Part shown: piece after piece, positions 26,901 to 39,587 of the stretch | Position numbering within the stretch: the first letter of the stretch is position 1 | How the letters are laid out: every line of letters begins with the position of its first letter | DNA from: Eledone cirrhosa | Lineage: Eukaryota | Assembly: GCA_964016885.1 (NCBI GenBank) | Contig: OZ024744.1 | Location: 122,822,001 to 122,886,000, forward strand | Direction: 5' to 3' | DNA length: 64,000 nucleotides | Program-made: the position numbers and the translations under genes | Notes under the pieces: model-generated | What the model was told of the DNA's origin: nothing | Seen by the model: only the letters and a program-made list of their open reading frames with translations | Databases searched by the model: none

Positions 26901-29468
26901 ATTAGAATAGAATCGATAGCGTTTAGCAAGGAAGTAGCTTTAGAAAAAAACAAAACTGAAAAGGAACTGGTAGCTAAAATAGAAGAGGCACTTAGGAATG
27001 GCAGTACAGCTGACGTGCTAGCGGCGAGAACGGCACTAGACCAGTTCTTCAACACGAAGGTTGTATTGTCAGAAGTAGAACACGTGCTCTAAGAAACGAG
27101 GGAGCCAAAGCTGTTAGCTGGGCCCGAGTGACAGAGGCGAAAAGTGGCAACAAATCCACAATTCGGTCTTTGCAAGACAAAGATGGACGCATTATACTTG
27201 AATCCAAGCAAATGTGCGCGGCCTTCCAGCAGCATTTTGCAAAACTGTTCGGGCAAAGCGGTACATCAAGCGAGGTGATGGACTTCAGCTCCTACCTCGA
27301 CGGCGTACCGCGACTCTCGAGCACGGATGCGGAGAGCTGCGAAAGGCCGATCACAGCGGGCGAAATAGAAGATGCCCTAGGCCGCTGCGGGAAACGCAAA
27401 TCACCCGGTTGAGATGGTCTGCCCTATGAGTTTTACATAGGCATGCTAGACTTGTTCTCTGGCGTCCTCGAAGCGGTTTACTGCAACTGGCAGCAGAACG
27501 GGAGGATTCCCAGTTCTGTAGGCAGAGGCGTAGTAACGCTGATCAGAAAAGATGAGAACAAGGGGGATGAGATAAGCAATTTCAGGCCCATAACTCTGCT
27601 CAACACAGAGTTAAATATTTTGGCCAAGGTGTTAGCAACAAGGCTGGCGCTTGTCGTCGAGAACCTGGTAGGGGAAGCCCAAACGTGCGCAATCCCGACC
27701 AGGTCATACACGAAAACCTCCACCTCATGCGATACATCATAGAGAGGGTAGTGTGTAAACCTGGCTTAGGTGGAGCTCTGATCAATTTAGATCAGTCTAA
27801 GGCATTCGAAAGGGTCGACCATCAATACTTGGCAGCAGTTCTCAAGGCGGCCGGCTTCGGTCCCGTCTTCAGAGGCTGGATCGCTGCCATGCACACCAGT
27901 ATCTGCTCGGCAGTCAAGGTGAATGGCTACCTATCAGAGCCATTCCAAATAAATGCGTTCCATCCGTCAGGGATGCCCTCTCTCCTCCATTCTGTATGTA
28001 CTGACTCTCGAGCTGTTACTGCGGAAATTGGAAATTGAAGGACCGGTGAAATTGCTCGAGGTCTGGTTCGGTCCAGACCTCCAGGTGAACAAGAACTGGA
28101 ACGAGGTCATGGCCAAGGTGTTTGCACTCACCCAGAAGTGGGCTGAGTGCAAACTCTCCTTGAAAGGTCGAGCGGAGGTGCGAACACTTACATAGCGTCC
28201 GTCATCTACTACCGCTTGACAGTCGTGCCTTGCCCCCGCGAATACCTTACCAAAATGGAACGCCTACTCTTCAAGTTCCTCTGGAAGAAACAGGCTCCAT
28301 TGGTGATGAGATCCATCTGCTGTCAACACCCTTCTAACGGAAGGCTGGGCATGCCGTAGCTGATGATGCGCAAACATGCGCTGAGGCTACGCCATCACCA
28401 TGTATTCCTGACCGGTGAACCGGTGTGGCTGTCGTTTGTGAGACGAGCTCTTCCACAACTCGTCTCACTAACAGAGCTGCAGTCCTGGGTCAAGCGAAGA
28501 ACGAAAATGGGTGTCTGTCACCTGGAGTGCCTACAGGCGCTCACAGCCCTCTACCAAGCGGAAACAGCAATCAGCGGAGACTCCACTTCGACAATCTATA
28601 GGGGATTAGTGGAGGATAAGTGCGACGACGCTCTCGGGGAAACTCTAGGCATCGAGGAGGACGAACTGACTAGTCTGTTCGGGAGGACTTTCCGTCCAGG
28701 GGCTATGGATAACTTCCAGAGATCTCTGGCCTGGCAGTGTTACCAAGGAGCTCTACCAGTTCGAGACAAAATCTACAGGCACGGACGCCCTGGCAGAGAT
28801 CCTGCCAAAAGTACCTGTCCAAGATGCGAGCAGGACATCGCAATTGTTCAGTGCCCAGGGGTGACCTGTGGAATTATGTCGAACAGCTGCTGTCACGTGG
28901 GGGACGCATCCAGTTGTCAGCCGAGTCCATCGTGAGGATCACTCCGCCGCCTTCATTTAAGAATGAAGGAGAGGCGGTGTTCCTCTGTCTGGTGGCTATG
29001 GCGAAAGAGGTAATATGGTGGACGAGGTTAAAAGGACTGAGGGCAAACACCTTTCTCTCCGGACAACAACTTATCCCCTTCTTTAAGTACCACTTGAGAA
29101 GGAACGTGAGAGTGGAGGGAGAGGTGCTACACCCCAGTAAATCGATGAAAGGTGGGTGAATGTGGCAAAAATGGCCCGAGTGAATGGGCCTTCTCTGTAT
29201 ATAAACCTGTAGGTTGAGGAAGATAAACAGGGGGAAGACAGGAACACCTACAAAACGTGTTCCTGGTGTTGAGGGTTGTTCTATCCACGGGGTGTAAAAC
29301 AACCCTGCAGTAACGTTCCCCCCCTATTGTGGATTTCAATTGTTATTTTATTAAATATAGTTTATTGTTATTTATTAATGTTAAAGTTATTTTTATGTAA
29401 AACCCCCGCCGTCACATCTTGTAATGTCCCATTTTTGTACGCCCCTGTGGCAAATAAGAAAGGTATCT
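23989..29468 (+). mobile_element. Tx1/L1-clade LINE G, full length but decayed, distinct ORF1 subfamily (ORF1 24199-26004, ORF2 26045-29212)
   Basis: Knuckle CHKCGKITHLKAFC. APE and RT fragments with a deletion removing YADD (~28035). 36-bp tandem duplication at ~26844-26915. Confidence 0.94.
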
Positions 29469-32400
29469 CTCTGCCTGACGCGTGGAACATCGCCGATAAG
29501 CTTTTTTTGTAAATTTCTATACAAAAAACTGAACTAATTGTTTGAAAAAACATATCATTTTGTAGATTAACTCCCAAGCTGAATTGTCAGCTGGGTGGTA
29601 ATCCCATTTTCCCAGAATTTAATTGAAAAATTGTTTAAAAAAATCAAATTTTGCCAACTATAAAACATGAATAACTCGGAAAGAACGCTAGAGAACATCG
29701 ACAGAGAGAAGAGAGGTAGAGAGGCAGATATTAACGTTATATCTGCTTCTGCTACTATGGACGTCGTCATGGATACGACTGTCAATAAAGAAAAAATAAT
29801 ATTACCACTTGAAGATTTTAAAATTTCAAAAAAAAAAAATGTCTTTCGCTGAAACAGTGAACACAAAACAAGATTTTATAAATCTTGACATCTCCAATGC
29901 AAGGGATATGCTCCAGCAAGGGAGAAAATTTGTAACTTTCGAAGACAAGGGTGGGTTTAGAATCAACTCACCCCTCGAAATAAAAGAAGAGACGGTCCGA
30001 AGGACAGTGACCTTCAGGACTGTCTCAAACACAACGAGAAAGCCAATATTTGTGTGAGTCAAGGAGTCATAGAAGCCACCTTGAAGGAGATTCTAGAAAA
30101 TATTGACTTTCTTCAACGAGGAAGACGGTACGGAAGTATTTCCATACTGTTTAAAAGCGAGGCACGCGCCCAAAAACATTCTGTGACACCAATGGTGTCA
30201 GAAGCATTTACCTTTTTCCCTACGTACATGGGAAAAAGGACACAAAAAATAAAAATAAAAAATATACCACCAAACATTAACATCTGGTGAATCTTGGCTG
30301 GCTTCGTAGAGCCAGAGACTGATGCTATTCTTTCGATATAAAAGTCTATTAGACAAAGGTGGGCGGGTACTGATTTGGAGATTCTTATGCAGATCAGGCC
30401 GGAAATAATCTCCAAAATACCGTAAAAAGTCGTCATCGATGACAACAACAAAATAGACATTTCGGTGGAGGGGCGTAAACCTCACTGCTTTTGCTGTGGT
30501 AGCACAATACACCTAAAGGCCTCCTGTCCTACACAAACACAACACAACAACATCATTTAAAAAAACACTATTACCAACACCAACACCAAAACAACCACCA
30601 CCACAAGTACAACAACAGACGAAACGAGCAACCACACCAAAACAAACAGACACTCAACCAACAACAATAGGAAAAACACAGACAACACCTCTGAAAAACA
30701 CAACCACACCCCATCCCACTCCATCAAACATTACCACAAACGCACACACTGAAACACCATCACCACACAACATTCCCCTACCCCACACTCCTGACGATGA
30801 TCATTCATCGACGGATGAGGCTGCTTCTCCTTCTTTAAGTGAAAAAGAACCTCAGAAATAAAAAAAAAAAAAAAAAAGAGACACCCCAAAACCCCCAAAA
30901 CTCCAATCACCAACACCAACACACAACCACAGACGCAAACAACAACACAAACAACACCACAACCAAACCTCCCCCTACCAACAAAACAAACACTAACACC
31001 ACCCCAAACACAAAAAAGAAAACTCACAGACGAACAACAAACTAAAACAACACAACCAAAACAAAAACAACAATATACATACATCAACACCAACAATAAA
31101 ATTTTAATGGAGATCATCTCCCAGGACTCCAAAGTGGAAACTGAGGGGAAACTATTTATAAAATCTGACACTGCACCACACCTCAAACTAATAAGGGTTC
31201 CGGTAGAAACCTACCAAAAACTAAAGAGCAAATTTTCACAGGACGTTGGCAACCCATGCCCAAAACCAATAAACCATGTCCTGTTGAAATGTTTCCCCAC
31301 CCACTCAACACCCCCACCAAAACTGAAATGGAGATCGAACAACCCGATCTCCAGGAAACGGAAAGGTAAGTGCATCCTTTCGTCCTTGTTTTGCCAACTC
31401 TTCTACACCAACATGGCGGATTTACGAGTTGGAAGTATGAATGTGCGTGGCCTAGGGATGCCATGGAAACAAGGCAAACTCTTAAACGACCTTAGGTCAC
31501 ACAATATAGATGTGATAGCCATCACCGAGTCCAGGATCCACAACAGACAGCAGCTGACCCACATCTTCGACGACTTTGAGATCTACGCATCTCTCTGTCA
31601 GCCAGGAGGTGGAGGGGGAGTAGCTGTCATGTTTCGGAAAAACCTGGACATCGAAATACAGCAAGTACACTTGGACTCGGAGGTTAGACTGGTTGTCCTA
31701 GACGGGAACTGTATTGGAGGTGGAGCCTTCAGACTGGTGGCCGTTTATGCCCCGACCGGACAATCGCAATCACGGCCAGACTTCTTTAAACGTCTAGAGT
31801 CTTTTTTGGGAACGTCTTGCTCCTTACTTTTAGTGGGGGACTGGAATGGTATCCTAGATGCACGATGGGACTATGTGGGAGCATGTCCCAGTAGAGGGTG
31901 CTACTCTCTCAAGAAAGCAATTAGAGTAGAATCGATAGAGTTTAGCAGAGAGTAGCCTTAGAAAAAAACAGAATAGAAAGAGAACTAGTAGCCAAGGTAG
32001 AGGAGGCACTTAGAAGTGGCAACGCGGCTAGAGTGTTAGCATCGAGAACAGCACTAGACCAGTTCTTCGATGCGAAACAAAGAAGGCTGCGTGGTCAGAA
32101 GCAAAACACGTGCTCTGCGAAACGAAGGAGCGAAAGCAGTCAGCTGGGTCCGAGTGGCGGAGGCAAAAAGTGGCAACAACTCCACGATTCGGTCTTTGAA
32201 AGAGCAAAACGGACGCGTGTTACTTGACCCCAAGCAAATGTGCGCGGCCTTTCAGCAGAACTTTGCGCGACTGTTTGAGCAGAACGACTGTGAGCCGAAC
32301 GGGGCAATGGACTTTAGTTCATACCTCGACGACCTGCCACGTCTCACGAACACGGACGCCGAGTTCTGCGAAATACCGATCACGGACACTGAGGTACGGG

Positions 32401-34232
32401 ACGCTCTGGGCTGCTGCGGGAAACGCAAGTCACCCGGTCTAGATGGTCTACCCTATGAGTTTTACATAGGCATGCTGGACTTGTTCTCTGGCGTCCTCGA
32501 AGCCGTCTACTACAATTGGCAGCAGAACGGGTGAATTCCCAGTTCTGCAGGCAAGGGCGTAGTAACGCTGATCAGGAAAGACGAGAACAAGGGGGACGAA
32601 ATTGACAACTTCAGGCCCATAACTCTGCTCAACACAGAGTTAAAGATTTTGGCCAAGGTGCTAGCGACGAAGTTGGCGCTCGTCGTCGAGAACCTGGTAG
32701 GGAAAGCACAAACGTGTGCAATCTCAACAAGGTCCATACACGACAACCTCCACCTCATGCGATACATCATAGAGAGGGTGGGTAGTAAACCCGGCTTCGG
32801 TGGGGCTCTGATCAATTTGGATCAGTCGAAGGCATTCGATAGGGTCGACCATCGATACTTGGAAGCGGTCCTCAAGGCGGCCGGTTTCGGTCCGCGTCGG
32901 CTTATGCCGACGACGTGACGGTAATGGTGTCGAGCACCTCGTAAATCGGGGTGATCGGCAACTTACTGAAAGAATACGAAACGCTGACGGAAGCAAAACT
33001 AAACCCGGACAAGTCTGTCGGTTTGCAACTTGGTACGTGGAGAGGCAAACCGATGACGTCCGACAACGTCGCTGGATGCTGGACGGACGGACCGGTGAAA
33101 TTGCTCGGGGTCTGGTTCGGTCCAGACCTCCAGGTGGAGAAAAACTGGAACGAGGTCACGGCCAAGGTGTTTGCGCTCACCCAGAAGTGGGCAGAATGCA
33201 AACTGTCCTTGAAAGGTAGAGCGGAGGTGGCGAACACTTTCATAGCGTCCGTCATCTACTACCGCTTAACTGTCGTGCCTTGTCCCCGTGAACACCTCGC
33301 CAAGATGGAAGAAGCAGGCTCTGCTGGTGAGGAGATCCGTCTGCTGTCAGCATCCTTCCAACGGAGGGCTGGAAATGCCGTGGCTGATGATGCGCAAACA
33401 TGCGCTGAGGCTGCGGCATCTCCAGGTATTCCTCACCGACCCCCAACCGGTTTGGGCACTGTTTGTAAGATAGGCTTTCCTGCAGCTCATCTCGGTGACG
33501 GAGCTGCAGTCCTGGGTCAAGAAAAGACCGAAAACGATGGGTGCCTGGCACATTGAATCTGCTCAGGCGCTCACAGTCCTCTGTCAAGCGGACACAGCAA
33601 TCAGTGGAGACTCCACTTTGACATTCTATAGAAGGATTGTACGTTACAAGGGTGATGACGTGCTTGGAGACACTCTGCGCGTTGAAGATGATGAACTCAC
33701 CAGTCTGTTTGGTAGGACTTTCCGCTCGGGACCTATGGATAACTTCCAGAGGTCCCTGGCCTGGCAGTGCTACTGAGGAGCTCTACCAGTTCGAGACAAG
33801 ATCTACAGGCACGGACGCCCCGGCAGGGATCCTTCCAAGAGGACGTGTCGAAGATGCGAGCAGGACATTGAAACCGTCCTGCACGCAATTGTACACTACC
33901 CGGGTATAACTGACCTGTGAGACTACGCAGAACAACTGCTGTCACATATGGGACAAATCCAGTTGACTGCTGAATCCATAGTAAGGATCAAACCGCCAGC
34001 CTCTTTCAATAACGAAAGAGAGGCGGTTTTCCTCTGTACAGTGGCTATGGTGAAAGAAGTTATATGGTGGATTAGATACCACTTTAGAGGGAGAATCAGA
34101 ATGGAGAGAGAAGCACTGCACCCCAGTAAATTTACTGAAAGGTGGGTGAATGAAGCGAAAATGGCCCGAGTGATTGAGCATTCTCTGTTTATAAACCTGT
34201 GTGTTGAAGAAGAGAGCAAAAGGAAGAAAGGA
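29469..34232 (+). mobile_element. Tx1/L1-clade LINE H, decayed sister of C (ORF1 29667-31369, ORF2 from 31413), with internal deletions and 3' UTR lost
   Basis: 5' end CTGACGCGTGGAACATCGCCG and ORF1 start match C. Deletions at ~31900, ~32894 and ~34070. Confidence 0.94.
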
Positions 34233-35045
34233 AAAATATCCATGAAAATTTCAAATGTTAACAGGAATGCTGCCCTCCTTACAAACACAGAATGGGGAGC
34301 GTAACAGAAGATATTACGCCTTCTACTACAATTATAGTCAATTCTCAAAAAATGGCCGAAGAGAAGATACCTTCCTTGTCAACAGAAGAAAATGGAAAGG
34401 GGTAACTATACTTACTGTCACAACAGCCTTCCCCTTTGATAGGAGCAGACAGCAACAAGGCAATACCACCCCGAAAGGGACACATTCCTGCTTACAAACA
34501 ACTGAACAATTTTGACGTCATGGAAAATATTGTCATGGCAACACAAACAAACGGAAACAATAACAACATGAACACGAAACAAGTGACTAACAATAATACC
34601 AACAACAAAAATGAAAAAAAAACAATAAAAACAACAACACAAGTGAAAATAAAAATCGAATACACACGAAAAAAACTTTTGCAGTGACCCTTGCCAAAGA
34701 AACGGAATTCATAGAATTTGACAGCAAATAAAGCACAGCACCTGAAGGACACTGCGCAATATATAACTGTTGAGGGGAATGGATTTCAGATCAACACCCT
34801 ACCAGAGATTAGGGCCACAACCCTAAAGAAAACAATAATAATGTCTCTATAGAATCAAGAAAACCTACCTCTTTGCCTCAGAATACAGTAGGAAGCGTGT
34901 TGAGGTAGGCAATACCAGACATTGCCTACCTCCAGAGGACCAAGCAGTAAAGGAGCATCTCAGTGCTCTTTAAAAGTGAGACCCTCGCCCAGAAATACTC
35001 GGTGGTTCAAATCAAAAGAAACCATTACATCTTCTTCCCTACATA

Positions 35046-35948
35046 CGAGGTGTGTCAGAAAACTTCCAGGAATGATGTGACAAAAGATTTTTTTCAAACC
35101 CAAACTTCACACTAAGAGTTTTCTCCTTCAAAGTAATCCCCTTGGAGTCTAATGCACTTTTCCATCCTTTTCTGCCACGCTTGCATGCACTCCTGGAAAG
35201 ATTCTTCCGGGATCCTCCGCAGTTCCGTCGTCACAGCCTTTTTGATGTCGTCCACGTCTTCAAAACGGGTCCCCCAGGGTCATATTCGAAGATCCATGAC
35301 TCATCACCGGTGATGACTGTCCCTAGCAAGTCTGGTTCGGTTTCTAGATGCTCGAGGATGTCCTGGCACACTTGCATGCGTCGACCCTTCTGGTCATCGT
35401 TCAGCAGTTTTGGCACCATCTTCACGCAGACTTTCCGCATGTCCAAATCTTCAGTGAGAATTTTCCAGACGCTGTCCCAATTCATGCCCAGCTCATTTGC
35501 CATCAGTCGAACAGTCAGCCGACGATCGCTACGCACCATCTGCCTGACACGCTCAACGTTGACCTCAGTCCTGGTTGTTGAGGACCTTCCGCTACTGGGG
35601 TCATCTTCCACGTCCTCGCATCCTTCTTTAAACCTCTTGCACCACTCAAAAACACATGAGCGTGACATCGTCTCATCTCCATACACTTGCTGCAGCAATT
35701 CCAGTGCTTCTGATGGAGTTTTCAAGTTTGTTCGTTTGTTCGTTGCTCTGTGCTCATTGCTTGACGACCTGAAACAGAGGACATGTATATAAAATTATGA
35801 AGAAAAAAGTTTGATCGCTGCAGAGAGCTAAGATTACAGTTACATACTCCAGGGGGATTACTTTGAAGGAGAAAACACTTAGTGTGAAGTTTGGGTTTGA
35901 AATAAATTTTTTGTGACATCAGTCCTGGAACTTTTTTGACACACCTCG
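35046..35948 (-). mobile_element. Tc1/mariner DNA transposon, internally deleted, ~103-bp inverted ends, TA target duplication
   Basis: TA|CGAGGTGTGTCA...TGACACACCTCG|TA. Removing it restores the ORF1 motif FFPTYMGRR seen in the sister LINEs. Confidence 0.95.
35231..35725 (-). pseudogene. Mariner transposase remnant (HTH region, WVPHEL-like MVPKLL, first catalytic D in VITGDESW)
   Basis: VFEWCKRFKEG..DDPSSGR, VCVKMVPKLL, VITGDESWIFEYDP. The rest of the catalytic core is deleted; the C-terminal GDYFEG lies at ~35120-35140. Confidence 0.92.
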
Positions 35949-38854
35949 TACATGGGAAGAAGAACACACAAGATAAGGGTGTCACAGATCCTACCGAACA
36001 CCAACATTTGGTGGATCCTGGGTGACTTTTTGGAGGAGGGTAAAGACACCCTCCTCTTTGTAAAGAAGTCAACCAGGTATAACTGGAATGGGACTTCAGT
36101 GGAACTCCTGGTCCAAATGAGACCAGACAGAATCTCAAAAATACCCGAAAGGGTACCTGATGATAACAACCACGTTACCAACATCACAGTGGAGGGCAGA
36201 AAACTACAGTGTTTTAAATGTGGAAAAGACACACACATAAAAGCATTCTGCCCAATGCTGAACACACAGAAACCAAACACCCAAACCTCAACAGCAACAC
36301 CTGAAAACAAAAAAAAACGCAACCCCAAACCATCAACATCCACCCCACCATCACAAACCTCAAAAGACACCACACCAAAAGTTCCCCTGAAGGACTCTGT
36401 CCCACCCCTTCCCATTATGTCTAACACTCCCACAAACATTCCACCACCACACAACACCCCCCTCCCATATACCCCCGATGATAACACCTCAGACGCGGCA
36501 ACCTCCTCATCTCGAAGTGAGGATGAAGAGGAACCCCAAAGGTCTAAAAAACAAAAAAAAAGACACCACAAAAATACAAAAGTACCAATCACCAACAAAA
36601 CACACAGACATCACCACAAATGGCAATCACACCAACAAGACAGACACCACCACAAGCACAAATGCCCACCATCAAAAGAAAATTAGACAACAAACAGAAA
36701 CATCACAGCAAAATACCAAACCACACTACATACAATAACACCACAAATAAAAACCTAATGGAAGCCATCACTAAAGAGCCCACCATTCAGAAAGAAGGGC
36801 AAACCTTCACAAACACAGCACCACACCAAAAACTAATAAGACTACAAACTGAAACTTACAGTTTTCTTAAAGAAAACCTTCTCCACGATGTTGAACCCCC
36901 GTGCCAAAAAACCCTCAACCGTGTGCTACTAAAACGTTTCCCCACCCCACCAAACACCACCATCTCCACCAACATGGAGATCAAACAACTCCACCTCCAG
37001 GAAACTAAAAGGTAAGTGTTCTGCTTTTTTCTCTCCATAACTCTTCGTCACCAATATGGCAACTGTACGAGTTGGATATTTGAATGTGCATGGCCTGTTG
37101 ATGTCCCGGAAACAGGACCAATTTTTAAATGACCTCAGGCCACACTGTACAGATGTGATAGCCGTCACTGAGTCAAGGATTCATGACAAGCAGCAGTTAA
37201 CCCCCATGTTTGATGACTGTTCTGTTCGATGACAGTTCTGTAAGCAGAGGCGTAGTAACGCTGATCAGGAAAGACGAGAAGAAAGGAAATCCATAAGCAA
37301 TTTCAGGCCCATAACTCTGCTCAACAGAGTTGAAGATTTTGGCCAAGGTGTTAGCAACGAGGCTGGTGCTTGTCGTCGAGAACCTGGTGGAGAAGCACAA
37401 ACGTGTGCAATCCCGACCAGGTCCATACACGACAACCTCCACCTCATGCAATACATCTTAGAGAGGGTAGGGTGTAAACCCGGCTTCGGTGGAGCTCTGA
37501 TCAATTTAGATCAATCTAAGGCATTTGATAGGATCGACCATCAATAATTGGAAGCGGTTCTCAAGCCGGCTGGCTTCGGTCCCGTCTTCAGAGACTGTAT
37601 CGCTGACATGCACACCAGCATCTGCTTGATAGTCAAGGTGAATGGCTACCTATCGGAGCCATTCCAAATCATACGTTCCATCTGTCAGGGATGCCCTCTC
37701 TCCTCAATTTTGTATGTGCTGACTCTCGAGCCATTACTGCAGAAGCTGGAGCTGTTGCAGGGCAACCCAATCGAACCAGGACTACAAAAAGCAGCGTCAG
37801 GCTATGCCGATGACGTAACCGTAATGGTGTCGAAAACCTCGGAAATCGGGGTAATCGGCAACTTATTACAGGAATATGAAACGTTGACAGGAGGAAGACT
37901 AAACCTGATCAAGTCTGTTGGTTTGCAACTCGGCACATGGAGAGGAAACCCATGCCTTCCGACAGTGTCGTTGGACGCTAGATGGAAGGACCGGCGAAAT
38001 AGCACGGGGTCTGGTTTGGTCCAGACCTCCAGATTGCGAAAAACTCTCCTTAAAAGGTCGAAGGAAGATGGCAAACATTTACATAGCGTCCATCATCTAT
38101 TACCTCTTGACAGTCGTGCCTTGTGCCCGTGATCACTTCACCAAGATGGAGCATCTTCTCTTCAAGTTCCTTTGGAAGAAACAGGCTCCGTTGGTGAGGA
38201 GATCCATCTGCTGCCAACATCCTTCTAATGGAGGCCTGGGCATACTGTGGCTGATGATGCGCAAACACGCGCTGAGGCTATGCCATCTCCAGGTATTCCT
38301 GACCTGCTAACCAGTGTGGCTGTCGTTTGTGAGACGAGCTCTTCCACAACTTGTCTCGCTAACAGAGCTGCAGTCCTGGGCCAAGTGAAGACCAAAAATG
38401 GGTGCCTGGCATCTCCAGCGCACTCAGGCGCTCACAGTCCTCTGTCAGGTGGACACGGCAGTCAGCAGGGACTCCACGTCAACATTCTATGGAGGATAAG
38501 TGCGACAACGTTCTCGGGAGACTCTAGGCATCAAAGAGGACGAATTGGCCAGTCTGTATGGGAGGACTTTCCATCCAGGACCTATGACTAACTTACAGAG
38601 GACTCTGGTCTGGTAGTGCTACCGAGAAGCTCTACCAGTTTGAGACAATATCTACAGGCATGGACGCCCTGGCAGGGATACTGCGTAAAGAACCTGTCCA
38701 AGATGCGAGTAGGACATTGAAACCATTCTGCCCGCAATTGTTCAGTGCCCGGGGGTGACCGACCTGTGGAATTATGTCGAACAGCTACTGTCACGTGTGG
38801 AACACATCTGGTTGTCAGCCGAGTCCATCGTCAGGATCACACCTTTCCTGTACC

Positions 38855-39198
38855 GTCTACTGTGTCGATGACACAACAGTCGACACTGTAAGGCGGTCAT
38901 GTAGGAGACACGATAAAAAGCCCCCCCCCCCCGTCCACACTGTAAATGTGGTTGGTGTTAGGAAGGGCATCCAGCTGTAAAAAACCTGCCAGAGACACTT
39001 CCGTACGAGCGAGACATGGTCTCTCGACCATTCCCACATCAAATGAAACAAAACCGTCTAATCCATGGTAGCGTGGAAGATGGACGTTAAACGACGATGA
39101 TGATGATGATGATATATGTATATATATCTAACCCATTCTAGCATGGAAGATGGATGTTAAATGAAGATGATGATGATGATCATGATGATGATGATGAT
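38855..39198 (+). mobile_element. 3' end of an unrelated retroposon with a (GAT)n tail, plus a second short tail copy (39130-39198)
   Basis: GGTTGGTGTTAGGAAGGGCATCCAGCTGTA...GGAAGATGGACGTTAAACGACGATGATGATG, repeated as GGAAGATGGATGTTAAATGAAGATGATGAT. Family not assignable from sequence alone. Confidence 0.6.
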
Positions 39199-39280
39199 AT
39201 ATATATATTTATTAAAATAATAGATTAAAGTTTAAGCAAAGAATTGCTGCTTTCACCCTTAACAGGATCTTCTGAAACTC

Positions 39281-39292
39281 ATATATATATAA

Positions 39293-39340
<48 letters not shown>
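39281..39340. repeat. (TA)n microsatellite
   Basis: Direct reading. Confidence 0.95.
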
Positions 39341-39346
<6 letters not shown>

Positions 39347-39546
39347 ATGATAATAATTGTTTCTACTTTTGGCACAAGGCCAGCAATTACCCAGTGCATT
39401 ACTGGTACTTTATTTTATCGACCCCGTAAGGATGAAAGGCAAAGTTAACCTCGGCGGGATTTGAACTCAGAATGGCAAGGGCCGTAACTCTATGCGTCAA
39501 AGCATGGCGTCCGACCCTCTACCGATACTGCCAATTCACCGCCCTT
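39341..39546 (-). mobile_element. Full-length tRNA-derived SINE immediately after the (TTA)n tail of LINE J
   Basis: Minus strand: GGCGGTGAATTGGCAGTATCGG...GAGTTCAAATCC...CCTTGTGCCAAAAGTAGAAACAATTATTATC. Confidence 0.9.
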
Positions 39547-39547
39547 G

Positions 39548-39587
<40 letters not shown>

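Larger units (their letters stand above)
34233..38850 (+). mobile_element. Tx1/L1-clade LINE I, decayed (ORF1 to 37015 split by a mariner; ORF2 from 37056 with a large APE-to-RT deletion; 3' end missing)
   Basis: Knuckle CFKCGKDTHIKAFC. RT QGCPLS and YADD in 37548-38132. 5' boundary approximate. Confidence 0.9.

Noticed and set aside
26844-26915. In-frame 36-bp duplication (WSSLKRAIRIES twice) in LINE G ORF2
   Set aside because: Private slippage event in a dead copy.
31107-31955. Apparent ORF1-ORF2 fusion ORF in LINE H
   Set aside because: Caused by a frameshift near the end of a decayed ORF1. Other copies stop at GG-TAA and spacer frames vary.
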